From contig JBHOSK010000002.1 in NCBI GenBank assembly GCA_042584825.1, positions 1 to 60,757 on the forward strand: a stretch of 60,757 nt of DNA, written 5' to 3'. Each line of letters begins with the position of its first letter. Position 1 is the first letter of the stretch. Of the stretch, positions 36,466 through 44,587 are shown one piece after another. The notes under the pieces were generated by a model that was given only the letters and a program-made list of their open reading frames with translations, ran no database searches and was not told the DNA's origin. The translations under genes were made by a program, and so were the position numbers. This DNA is from Candidatus Aenigmatarchaeota archaeon. GTDB lineage: Archaea; Aenigmatarchaeota; Aenigmatarchaeia; GW2011-AR5.

Positions 36466-37464
36466 ATGCGTGTTGCGATGTATTATAACAATAGAGATGT
36501 GAGAATCGAAGAAAAGGAAACACCTATTCCTAAGAATAAAGAAATTCTTGTTAAAGTTCATTCTAGTGGAATTTGTGGAAGCGATCTTGCTGAGTGGTAT
36601 AGAATGCCTAGAGCCCCGTTAGTACAAGGTCATGAAATGAGTGGGGAAATTGTTGAAGTTGGACCAGGTATAGAAAAGTTCAAGATAGGTGATAGGGTAT
36701 TTGTTGCACCAAAGGTTGGATGTCAGAACTGCAAGACTTGTAGTGATGGTCATGAATCAATATGTCCTAATGTAAAGGCTAGAATGCCAGGAGCATTTGC
36801 AGAATTTGTTTGTATTCCTGAGGAGCTGCAAAAGGCTGTTTTTAGTCTCCCACATGATATTAGTTATGAAACTGCAACATTTATTGAACCACTTGCTTGT
36901 GCTATAAGAGCGCAGAAGCTTGCTGGTGTTAACGAAAAAGACGAAATTCTTGTAATAGGTAGTGGGATATCTGGATTGTTACACACCAAACTTGCCAAAA
37001 ATAAAGGAGCAGATGTCACAGCTATTGATATAAACGAAAAAAAATTGGAATACGCAAGGAAGTTTGGCGCAAATACAATCCAACCGACGCTTCAAGAAAG
37101 CGTCAATTCGTCAGACAAGAAATTTAGTGTTGTTATTCTTTGTACTGCGGCTCTAAAAGCCTTTGAGACTGCATGGAAAAGTGTTGGTTTGGGAGGAAGA
37201 ATTATTTTGTTTACGGTTCCCGCACCCGATAAAGAAGTAGTGGTTCCTGTAAATGATTTCTGGAGAAAAGAAGTGAAGATAATCACATCTTATTATTGCG
37301 GTCCTGATGATTTGCAAAAATCAATGGAATACATATTTTTAAAAAAGCTAAAAGTGGATGATATGATTACACACAGACTGCCTTTGAGTGATATCCAGAA
37401 GGGTTTCCAATTAATGGCAGATGGCTCTGAATCGTTAAAAATAATAATTGAACCACAGAGGTGA
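36466..37464 (+). CDS. zinc-dependent medium-chain alcohol/polyol dehydrogenase
   Basis: GICGSDL, GHEMSGEIVEVG, structural-Zn Cys cluster (CQNCKTCSDGHESIC), GSGISGL Rossmann loop. Confidence 0.85.
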   Translation: MRVAMYYNNRDVRIEEKETPIPKNKEILVKVHSSGICGSDLAEWYRMPRAPLVQGHEMSGEIVEVGPGIEKFKIGDRVFVAPKVGCQNCKTCSDGHESICPNVKARMPGAFAEFVCIPEELQKAVFSLPHDISYETATFIEPLACAIRAQKLAGVNEKDEILVIGSGISGLLHTKLAKNKGADVTAIDINEKKLEYARKFGANTIQPTLQESVNSSDKKFSVVILCTAALKAFETAWKSVGLGGRIILFTVPAPDKEVVVPVNDFWRKEVKIITSYYCGPDDLQKSMEYIFLKKLKVDDMITHRLPLSDIQKGFQLMADGSESLKIIIEPQR

Positions 37465-37468
37465 TTGT

Positions 37469-38554
37469 ATGAATGTCGATGGTAAACATTATAGAACAAT
37501 ATGGGTTAAGGATGAAAAGACAATTCAGATAATTGATCAAAGAAATTTACCCCATGAATTTATTATTGAAGATTTGAAAACTGTTGAAGATGCTGCACGA
37601 GCTATAACGGATATGCATGTTCGTGGTGCACCACTAATTGGTGCAACAGCTGCTTATGGTATGTATTTGGCGGCAGTAAATGGCGAAGACATTGAAAAAG
37701 CTGCTGAAACTTTAAGAAAAACAAGACCAACAGCCATTGATTTGAATTGGGCTGTCGATAATCAGTTAGAAATTATAAAAAATAAAGATGATAAAACTAA
37801 AATTCTGCTTGAAAATGCAAAGAAAATTGAAGATGAATCAGCTGAAATGTGTAGGATGATAGGAGAACACGGTGTTAAGATAATTGAAGAGATTGCTAAA
37901 AGAAAAAAAGAAGAAGGAAAAGACGAAACTGTTAATATATTGACACACTGTAATGCTGGTTGGCTTGCTTGTGTTGATTATGGAACTGCTACTTCGCCAA
38001 TGTACGCAGCTCATGATAAAGGAATAAAGGTTCACATATGGGTTGATGAAACAAGACCAAGAAACCAAGGTGCAAGATTAACTGCTTGGGAACTTGGAAA
38101 ACATGGTGTTCCACACACAGTTATAGCCGACAATGTTGGTGGACATTTAATGCAACATGGACTTGTTGACATGGTTATTACAGGTACTGATAGAACAACA
38201 TATACAGGAGATGTTGCAAATAAGATCGGAACTTATCTTAAAGCATTAGCTGCTTATGATAATTTAATTCCTTTTTATGTTGCTTTGCCTTCTTCAACAT
38301 TTGATTGGTCAATTCGTGACGGTGTAAAGGAAATACCAATTGAACAAAGAGGAAACGAAGAAGTAAAATACGCAAGAGGCTTTTGTGAGGATAAGGTAAA
38401 GGAAGTTTTATTGACTCCGAAAGATAGTAATGCAGCAAATTACGCATTTGATGTGACTCCATCAAGGCTTGTGACAGCACTTATAACAGAACGTGGTGTG
38501 TGTGTTCCACATGAAGATTGCGTAAAGAAGCTTTATCCTGAGAAATTTAAGTGA
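37469..38554 (+). CDS. mtnA: S-methyl-5-thioribose-1-phosphate (or 5-deoxyribose-1-phosphate) isomerase, MtnA family
   Basis: MHVRGAPLIGATAAYG, TRPTAIDLNWAV, LTHCNAGWLA, VDETRPRNQGARLTAWEL, GTDR...GDVANKIGTY, IPFYVALPSSTFD. GAGGTGA precedes ATG 37469. Confidence 0.85.
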   Translation: MNVDGKHYRTIWVKDEKTIQIIDQRNLPHEFIIEDLKTVEDAARAITDMHVRGAPLIGATAAYGMYLAAVNGEDIEKAAETLRKTRPTAIDLNWAVDNQLEIIKNKDDKTKILLENAKKIEDESAEMCRMIGEHGVKIIEEIAKRKKEEGKDETVNILTHCNAGWLACVDYGTATSPMYAAHDKGIKVHIWVDETRPRNQGARLTAWELGKHGVPHTVIADNVGGHLMQHGLVDMVITGTDRTTYTGDVANKIGTYLKALAAYDNLIPFYVALPSSTFDWSIRDGVKEIPIEQRGNEEVKYARGFCEDKVKEVLLTPKDSNAANYAFDVTPSRLVTALITERGVCVPHEDCVKKLYPEKFK

Positions 38555-38559
38555 TTTCT

Positions 38560-39153
38560 ATGGCCGGGGAATACATCAAATTTAATTACGAGCTGGTAAA
38601 GTCGGATAAAATAAAATTAGATTCTATAAAAGAACTGAATGATTTAAGAAATAAGCTCTATGAGATGGGATTTATAGGAATGTTTAAATCCGGAGAGTTT
38701 GCTGGAGCTGGTTTTGGAAACGTCAGTATAAGAAGTGAAAGTGGATTTATTATTACTGGTTCTGGAACAGGTACAAAACCAAAAATAACAGAGAAAGACT
38801 ATGTTGAAGTTATTGATTACGATTTTGAGAAAAATTGGTTAAAATGTTTTGGTCTTACACCACCTTCTTTTGAATCTTTAACGCATGCAGCAGTGTACGA
38901 ATCCAACAAAAAAATAAATGCTGTTATTCATGCTCATAACTTGGAATTATGGAAAAAGTTACTCAAAAACAACACACCCAAAACACCAGAACACATTGGT
39001 AGCGGAACATCTGAAATTGTTGACGAAATAAAACGATTGATAAAGGAAGAAAAAGGAATAATCGTCATGGGTGGTCATGAAGAAGGTATGTTAATATTTG
39101 GATCAACGCTTGATGAAGCTTGGAGAATTCTTTTACAGTATTTCGAGAAATAA
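38560..39153 (+). CDS. class II aldolase/adducin-family protein
   Basis: GNVSIR ... ITGSGTG ... SLTHAAVYE ... AVIHAHN pattern of the class II aldolase fold. Confidence 0.75.
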   Translation: MAGEYIKFNYELVKSDKIKLDSIKELNDLRNKLYEMGFIGMFKSGEFAGAGFGNVSIRSESGFIITGSGTGTKPKITEKDYVEVIDYDFEKNWLKCFGLTPPSFESLTHAAVYESNKKINAVIHAHNLELWKKLLKNNTPKTPEHIGSGTSEIVDEIKRLIKEEKGIIVMGGHEEGMLIFGSTLDEAWRILLQYFEK

Positions 39154-40107
39154 TTATTCTATTGTGTAGTATGTCAAAACTAAACGTGGTGTGTAACCAA
39201 TATTTTCTGCATCTTCTGACCAAGGAGTATAATGGTTACCATCAGCTTCCCCCGTGGTTTTAAATCCAAGACTAAACCAACCTTTTGAAATGCTTTGTGT
39301 TATGTTGTTGTTGGCACCATTTCCTAAAGTTATGTTAATATGAGCATTTATCGGAAACTCGCTTATTGGCTTTTCTGAGTAAAATTCACCAAGAGCTATA
39401 GTATCATATAATTCTTCGTTGGTGACAAAATCATCTGATTTAGCTGGTAGGTTTCTGACTTCTACAACATCAATGCCAGAGAAACTGTGTCGTCTTAAAC
39501 TAATGTTTGCTTCTGTTATTACTGCGTTAAAAGGTAATTGAGAAATATCAAAATCAATAAAACCTCTATTTATGTTACCGTCACGATGTCCAATGTAAAA
39601 GAAGGTGTTAAACCAATCTAAAATAAATAAATTGTTTACAAATCCATCCTCAATAATAAAATCATTTTCTGGAACATCACTCCAACTTAGAGTTATTGTT
39701 TGCAAATCAGAAATTGTAACAGTTCTTGGGAAGGCTGTTGCACTTGATGATGCTACTCTCAATTGATTTGTGCCTTCGCCTGGATGTGGGCCGAATGAAA
39801 CATTTATTTTGGCAATTCCATCTTCTGTTATGTTCATGTTGTCAGATGGTATTTCCTCATTGCCTAAATAGACCTTAATATCAGTTACTATTCCTTGACC
39901 ACAGTTTCTAACATATATTCCGTCAGCAGTTACAGTTTCAATTCTCAGACATTTACTGAGACGCTCTGATTGGTGTTCTACCTGAGTTTGTGCTGTTTCA
40001 CCAGAACTCGTTATAACACCTTGGAATATGGTGAAAGCTGAGGCTGTTACTACGATTACAATAACAAGTAATAATATAATCGCTATGATTGGGGTTATTC
40101 CACGCAT
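39154..40107 (-). CDS. archaeal type IV pilin-like adhesin (tandem paralog 1)
   Basis: Class III signal peptide MRGITPIIAIILLLVIVIVV. First 137 aa are about 96% identical to ORF 40139-41116. Divergent C-terminal module FIDFDISQLPFNAVITEANISL...GWFSLGFK...PRLVLTYY. Confidence 0.8.
   Translation of the reverse strand: MRGITPIIAIILLLVIVIVVTASAFTIFQGVITSSGETAQTQVEHQSERLSKCLRIETVTADGIYVRNCGQGIVTDIKVYLGNEEIPSDNMNITEDGIAKINVSFGPHPGEGTNQLRVASSSATAFPRTVTISDLQTITLSWSDVPENDFIIEDGFVNNLFILDWFNTFFYIGHRDGNINRGFIDFDISQLPFNAVITEANISLRRHSFSGIDVVEVRNLPAKSDDFVTNEELYDTIALGEFYSEKPISEFPINAHINITLGNGANNNITQSISKGWFSLGFKTTGEADGNHYTPWSEDAENIGYTPRLVLTYYTIE
39697..40107 (-). repeat. about 411-bp near-identical segment (5' halves of tandem pilin-like genes), copy 1
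   Basis: Encodes aa 1-137, with 6 aa differences from copy 2. Similarity stops abruptly at codon ~138. Confidence 0.9.
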
Positions 40108-40138
40108 AGAAATAGTTTGTTTTCTGACAATTTAAAAA

Positions 40139-41116
40139 TTATGATATTCTATAATACGTAACAACAAGACGTGGTGCATCATCTTCTGGGTTTGTGGTTT
40201 CTTCTGTATGAAAACTAATACGATCATTTAAACCCACTGGCGGGTCATCGTCAAAGAATTTTATTCCTAAACTAAACCAGCCCTGTGAAATGGCCTTTGT
40301 CATTTCAGTTGTGGCGGTGTTTCCTAAAGTAATATTTATACGGTCACCTATTACCCAAGCAGCATTCCATGGTTCTGATGTATATAGATCACCTGCAGAT
40401 ATATTATTATAAAGATAAAGATTTTCAGCATCCATTCCGTCACCCCAATTACTTCCCTTTGGTGTGAGTTTTCTGAATTCTATATCACGATCTTCTGATT
40501 CTACAACTGATGTTATTTCAAGACTAATATTAGCTTGAGTTATAACGGCATTTGATGGTAAAGATGATGTATGAAAATCAATATAGCTTCGTGCTACGGT
40601 TGCACCAATTGATTGAAGTTTCATAGTTCCAGGACCTATACCGGCTTTAAATCCTGAGTTAATTACGTCACCATCTTCAAGAATATCGTTATAGTCTAAT
40701 TCTATTGTCTGTAAACCAGAAATTGTAACAGTTCTTGGGAAGGCTGTTGCACTTGATGATGCTACTCTCAATTGATTTGTGCCTTCGCCTGGATGTGGGC
40801 CGAATGAAACATTTATTTTGGCAATTCCATCTTCTGTTATGTTCATGTTGTCAGATGGTATTTCCTCATTGCCTAAATAGACCTTAATATCAGTTACTAT
40901 TCCTTGACCACAGTTTCTAACATATATTCCGTCAGAAGATACAGATTCAATTCTCAGGCATTTACTGAGACGCTCTGATTGTTGTTCTACCTGAGTTTGT
41001 GCTGTTTCACCAGAACTCGTTATAACACCTTGGAATATGGTGAAAGCTGAGGCTGTTACTACGATTACAATAACAAGTAATAATATAATCGCTATGATTG
41101 GGGTTATTCCCTTCAT
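40139..41116 (-). CDS. archaeal type IV pilin-like adhesin (tandem paralog 2)
   Basis: Class III signal peptide MKGITPIIAIILLLVIVIVV. C-terminal module YIDFHTSSLPSNAVITQANISL...GWFSLGIK...PRLVVTYY. Confidence 0.8.
   Translation of the reverse strand: MKGITPIIAIILLLVIVIVVTASAFTIFQGVITSSGETAQTQVEQQSERLSKCLRIESVSSDGIYVRNCGQGIVTDIKVYLGNEEIPSDNMNITEDGIAKINVSFGPHPGEGTNQLRVASSSATAFPRTVTISGLQTIELDYNDILEDGDVINSGFKAGIGPGTMKLQSIGATVARSYIDFHTSSLPSNAVITQANISLEITSVVESEDRDIEFRKLTPKGSNWGDGMDAENLYLYNNISAGDLYTSEPWNAAWVIGDRINITLGNTATTEMTKAISQGWFSLGIKFFDDDPPVGLNDRISFHTEETTNPEDDAPRLVVTYYRIS
40706..41116 (-). repeat. about 411-bp near-identical segment, copy 2
   Basis: See copy 1. Confidence 0.9.
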
Positions 41117-41212
41117 AAATAAATATTTTAATACTCTTCCTTATAAAGACTTTATGAAGATATAGATAATGATTTAAGCGTTATGTACAAGATTTTATGA
41201 AATGTGATTTAT

Positions 41213-41395
41213 ATGGTAGTTGGATATGGTAAAAAGGTCAGGGAAAAGGTGCGAAAGGTTGAAATAACCAAGAAAAGAAAGTATAAATGCCCAACATGCT
41301 CAAGAAGAACCATAAAGAGGAAATCAATGGGTGTTTGGGAATGTAGGAAATGCAAAGCAAAGTTTGCATCAGGTTCGTATGAATTTAAACGGTGA
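41213..41395 (+). CDS. rpl37ae: 50S ribosomal protein L37Ae (eL43)
   Basis: GYGKKVREKVRKVE...YKCPTCSRRTIKRKSMGVWECRKCKAKFASGSYEF is a Cys4 zinc ribbon in eL43 context. Confidence 0.85.
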   Translation: MVVGYGKKVREKVRKVEITKKRKYKCPTCSRRTIKRKSMGVWECRKCKAKFASGSYEFKR

Positions 41396-41399
41396 GAAA

Positions 41400-41531
41400 A
41401 TGTCAGGATATATTTGTGTAAAATGTAAGAAAGATTTTGATTTGGAAGAAAAAGTAAGATGTCCATTTTGTGGTTTTAGGATACTTTCAAAGACAAGACC
41501 TGTTTTTAGGAAAAAAGTACAAGCACGATAA
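41400..41531 (+). CDS. rpoP: DNA-directed RNA polymerase subunit P (Rpo12)
   Basis: MSGYICVKCKKDFDLEEKVRCPFCGFRILSKTRP is the canonical RpoP zinc ribbon. The track ORF 41331-41531 was trimmed to the internal ATG. Confidence 0.85.
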   Translation: MSGYICVKCKKDFDLEEKVRCPFCGFRILSKTRPVFRKKVQAR

Positions 41532-41562
41532 AAGCAGCTTTAGATTAGTAGATGGTGATTAT

Positions 41563-41901
41563 ATGAAAGAAGAAGCAAAAGAAATTCTAAGTAAGGTTCA
41601 AATTCAAAACCAGCAATTACAAGCGATTTTGATTCAAAAACAAACTCTTGAAATGCAGGAGAGGGAAATATCTAATGCATTAGAAGAAATAGACAAAAGT
41701 AGCAGTGATGTGTATAAGAACGTTGGTCCTATACTAGTAAAGTCAACAAAACAACAGATAAAAAAAGAGCTCGATGAAAAAAAAGAGGAAATTGAGCTTA
41801 AATTGAAGACAATTGAGTCACAAGAGAAAAAAATAACAGAAAAGCTTAAAGAAAACCAAGAAAAACTACAAGATATGGTTTCCCCTGGAAAGGGCGGATA
41901 A
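41563..41901 (+). CDS. pfdB: prefoldin beta subunit
   Basis: Coiled coil - beta hairpin - coiled coil layout (QNQQLQAILIQKQTLEMQ...VYKNVGPILVKSTK...). Follows rpl37ae-rpoP, as is conserved in archaea. Confidence 0.75.
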   Translation: MKEEAKEILSKVQIQNQQLQAILIQKQTLEMQEREISNALEEIDKSSSDVYKNVGPILVKSTKQQIKKELDEKKEEIELKLKTIESQEKKITEKLKENQEKLQDMVSPGKGG

Positions 41902-41918
41902 TCTAGAAAGGTGGGGTT

Positions 41919-42164
41919 ATGAATTTCAGTGAAATAAGTAGATTACTAGAGGAAATAAATGAAGATAGAAGTGTACCTAGGAATATACGAACACTAATAC
42001 AACAGGCAAGAGACAACCTAAATAATGAAAAAAATGACGTTCCTGTTAGAATAAATTCAGCTGTTTCTATTCTAGACGATGTTTCAAATGATCCAAATAT
42101 ACCAACCTATACAAGAACACAGGTATGGAATATAGTATCCATGCTTGAGATATCAAATAAGTAA
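41919..42164 (+). CDS. UPF0147-family small helical protein
   Basis: DRSVPRNIRTLIQQARDNL...LDDVSNDPNIPTYTRTQVWNIVSMLE matches the remembered UPF0147 pattern. Confidence 0.65.
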   Translation: MNFSEISRLLEEINEDRSVPRNIRTLIQQARDNLNNEKNDVPVRINSAVSILDDVSNDPNIPTYTRTQVWNIVSMLEISNK

Positions 42165-42256
42165 TAATGTAATTTTACAGTAATGTAAAGGCGATTTCTC
42201 TCAAAACGAATAAAGATTTAAATATTAGTAAGAATTAATTAGTATAAAGTGATCAT

Positions 42257-42604
42257 ATGGGTTTAAAAAATATATTTAACAGAGAAAATGAAGGACTATC
42301 TCCTGATGAAGATTATATAGAACTTGATTTTGAAGAAGAACAAACATCCAAACGTGTCATGATTCATGTTGAAAAAATGGAAGACTTTGGCGACGCAGAC
42401 CGTGTTTTAAAAAAAGTCAGAGAAGGTGCAATACTTCTAGTGAAAATTAAAGAACTAAGAAACAAGGATATCGCAGAGCTAAAGAGATCAATTGAAAAGT
42501 TAAGAAAAACATGTATGGCAATAAATGGAGATATCGCAGGAATAGGAGAAGATTGGCTTGTTCTGACTCCAAACTATGCACGTGTGCACAGAGAAAGTGA
42601 ATAA
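42257..42604 (+). CDS. sepF: cell division protein SepF-like
   Basis: 115 aa with an acidic N-terminus, then ...VEKMEDFGDADRVLKKVREGAILLVKIKEL...INGDIAGIGEDWLVLTP, typical of archaeal SepF/DUF552. Confidence 0.7.
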   Translation: MGLKNIFNRENEGLSPDEDYIELDFEEEQTSKRVMIHVEKMEDFGDADRVLKKVREGAILLVKIKELRNKDIAELKRSIEKLRKTCMAINGDIAGIGEDWLVLTPNYARVHRESE

Positions 42605-42669
42605 AATTAATGGAGAATCAAGAGCTGTAGAGAGCTAACAAGTAAAATTTAGGTTTTTTTATTTCAACT

Positions 42670-44010
42670 TTATATTAATTTCTTAAAATATTTTTCTCTT
42701 ATTGCTACGGACAGATTTTTATCTTTTTTGAATAATGAGAATGAATTTTCTAATATTTTTGATTTTTTCATATGTGTTGCAATGTTCTTTGGTATTCCTT
42801 TTTCTTCTAATTTCTTAGAAGAAACAAATGATTTTATTAAATCAAAGGCTGTTTTATGTTCTCTTGGTTTTTCGACAACCCACCGACCGTTTTCTATGAA
42901 CGGACCGAAAATATTTTTAGTGGATCCATATTTTGTTAGGAATTCTTTTGTGTGTTTTTTTGAATAAATTGTTGGTCCTGTCATTTTTTCAACTGCAGGC
43001 ATTTTTTCATTTTCAACTTCTAAAATAATCACCATTTTTTTATTATCTGAAAAGACAAACGAACGAATTGTGAAGAATTCGTGTTGATGTAGTAGACTAT
43101 TTATTCTTCTTAATGATCTGCGCAGTTGTGGATAAACTATATCATCGAGTATGTCTGGTCTTTTCATTACAATAGTAATGAAGTGTGTTCCCCGTTTTTT
43201 TAATATGTTTAACTCGGTTGTTGATAAAGTTTTTTTGTTTGGTGGAAAGAAGAACGATAAAGTTGGTTTTTTAGTATATTGTTTAGCTGCAGAGATGAAT
43301 TTAATGAAATTTTCATCACTTATAACTGCAGCTACATTTCTGTTGCTGTCTATAGGATCAATTACTATTAATGAATCAGAGAATTTCTTCTCTTTTTTTA
43401 CAAGCTCTAAAAGAACCGGCGGTTGCCAGTTTGAAGCTTCCTTTATTAATTTTTTAAATGATCCAAATGCAATTATAAAAAGTTCGCATATGTAACCTGA
43501 AAATCCTTCTGTTTTGGTGTCACTACCATATACACCAATTCCTTTGCAAAACTGTTTTAGTAATCTTGCTTCATCTGGACGGGATAACTTTTCTTTAACA
43601 AACTCTAAATGAAGAGGTGAACGATCAACCGCAGATATGATTTTTTCATGTCTTTTTATTTTATAACAAGGTACGACGTCGATTGTAAATCCTGATGCAG
43701 TTATTTGTGTATAGGGGTGCTCAGCGTATTTTATTATATGTTTTCCTTTTAGGTTTTTTGCAATCTTTTTACCAAATGCAAGTCCGTGTTTCTCGAGCGT
43801 TGCTCTTGAAGTATTTCTTGGAAATATCATGAACAAGTCTATGTCGTGATCTCCAGATAGCCATGTTCCTTTTCCAATAGATCCGCATGGTAAACAATTA
43901 AGATTGGATACAGATTCTGCTGTTTTCACAAGTTTTTTAACGAATTTTTTGACTCTTTCTTCTCCATTTTTTGACGGTTTTATCTTTCTAAGAGCGTTTT
44001 GTTCAACCAT
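42670..44010 (-). CDS. cca: CCA-adding tRNA nucleotidyltransferase (archaeal class I)
   Basis: GSIGKGTWLSGDHDIDLFM catalytic motif and 446-aa archaeal-type architecture. Confidence 0.85.
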   Translation of the reverse strand: MVEQNALRKIKPSKNGEERVKKFVKKLVKTAESVSNLNCLPCGSIGKGTWLSGDHDIDLFMIFPRNTSRATLEKHGLAFGKKIAKNLKGKHIIKYAEHPYTQITASGFTIDVVPCYKIKRHEKIISAVDRSPLHLEFVKEKLSRPDEARLLKQFCKGIGVYGSDTKTEGFSGYICELFIIAFGSFKKLIKEASNWQPPVLLELVKKEKKFSDSLIVIDPIDSNRNVAAVISDENFIKFISAAKQYTKKPTLSFFFPPNKKTLSTTELNILKKRGTHFITIVMKRPDILDDIVYPQLRRSLRRINSLLHQHEFFTIRSFVFSDNKKMVIILEVENEKMPAVEKMTGPTIYSKKHTKEFLTKYGSTKNIFGPFIENGRWVVEKPREHKTAFDLIKSFVSSKKLEEKGIPKNIATHMKKSKILENSFSLFKKDKNLSVAIREKYFKKLI

Positions 44011-44040
44011 ACAAAGAAATTGTGTTTCTAGATATTTATA

Positions 44041-44493
44041 TTATTTTTTCTCGTTTTTCTCAGATTTTTTAGGTATTCTCCTTGCTCTACGAACTCTTAT
44101 TCTTTTATGAGGTCCTGTTTTTGTTAAAGCAACTCTAAGAGATTTCGCACCGAATTTGTCACCATTACCTCTTTTTCTAATGGCTGATGCTAACTCAGTG
44201 TAAGTGGTACTTGGTATTCTGTATTGTCGTAGTGTTGATCCAGCCATTACTAATACACCATAACCAACTGAACTCCAGAGCAACTCATATGTACCGTCTT
44301 CTACCTGATCTGGATGTGTATAATTTCTGAAGGATAATGGTGCTCCTGATCCTGAAGGATAACTATCAGAACCCGATGGCAGTCTTCCTGCTTTTATTGA
44401 GCCTATTGGTTTTCCGGGTCTGCCGGGGCTAAAGCCAACAATATCAGCAGCTTCTCCTGCTTCAAACCCACTATCTAAATATGAATCTGACAT
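44041..44493 (-). CDS. hypothetical protein with G/S/P-rich N-half and highly basic tail
   Basis: 150-aa ORF. C-terminus KRIRVRRARRIPKKSEKNEKK. No family recognised. Confidence 0.45.
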   Translation of the reverse strand: MSDSYLDSGFEAGEAADIVGFSPGRPGKPIGSIKAGRLPSGSDSYPSGSGAPLSFRNYTHPDQVEDGTYELLWSSVGYGVLVMAGSTLRQYRIPSTTYTELASAIRKRGNGDKFGAKSLRVALTKTGPHKRIRVRRARRIPKKSEKNEKK

Positions 44494-44587
44494 AATAAAT
44501 CACAACTCAATTACTGTAACAGAAATCTTTAAAAAGCCTTTGATGGGTGCTGAATAAGGATAAATCTCTTTTGGGTAAGTTAACTTA

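Noticed and set aside
41331-41562. Long N-terminal extensions of the track ORFs 41331-41531 and 41470-41901
   Set aside because: The extensions overlap the preceding genes in other frames. Conserved RpoP and prefoldin-beta sequences start at internal ATGs 41400 and 41563.
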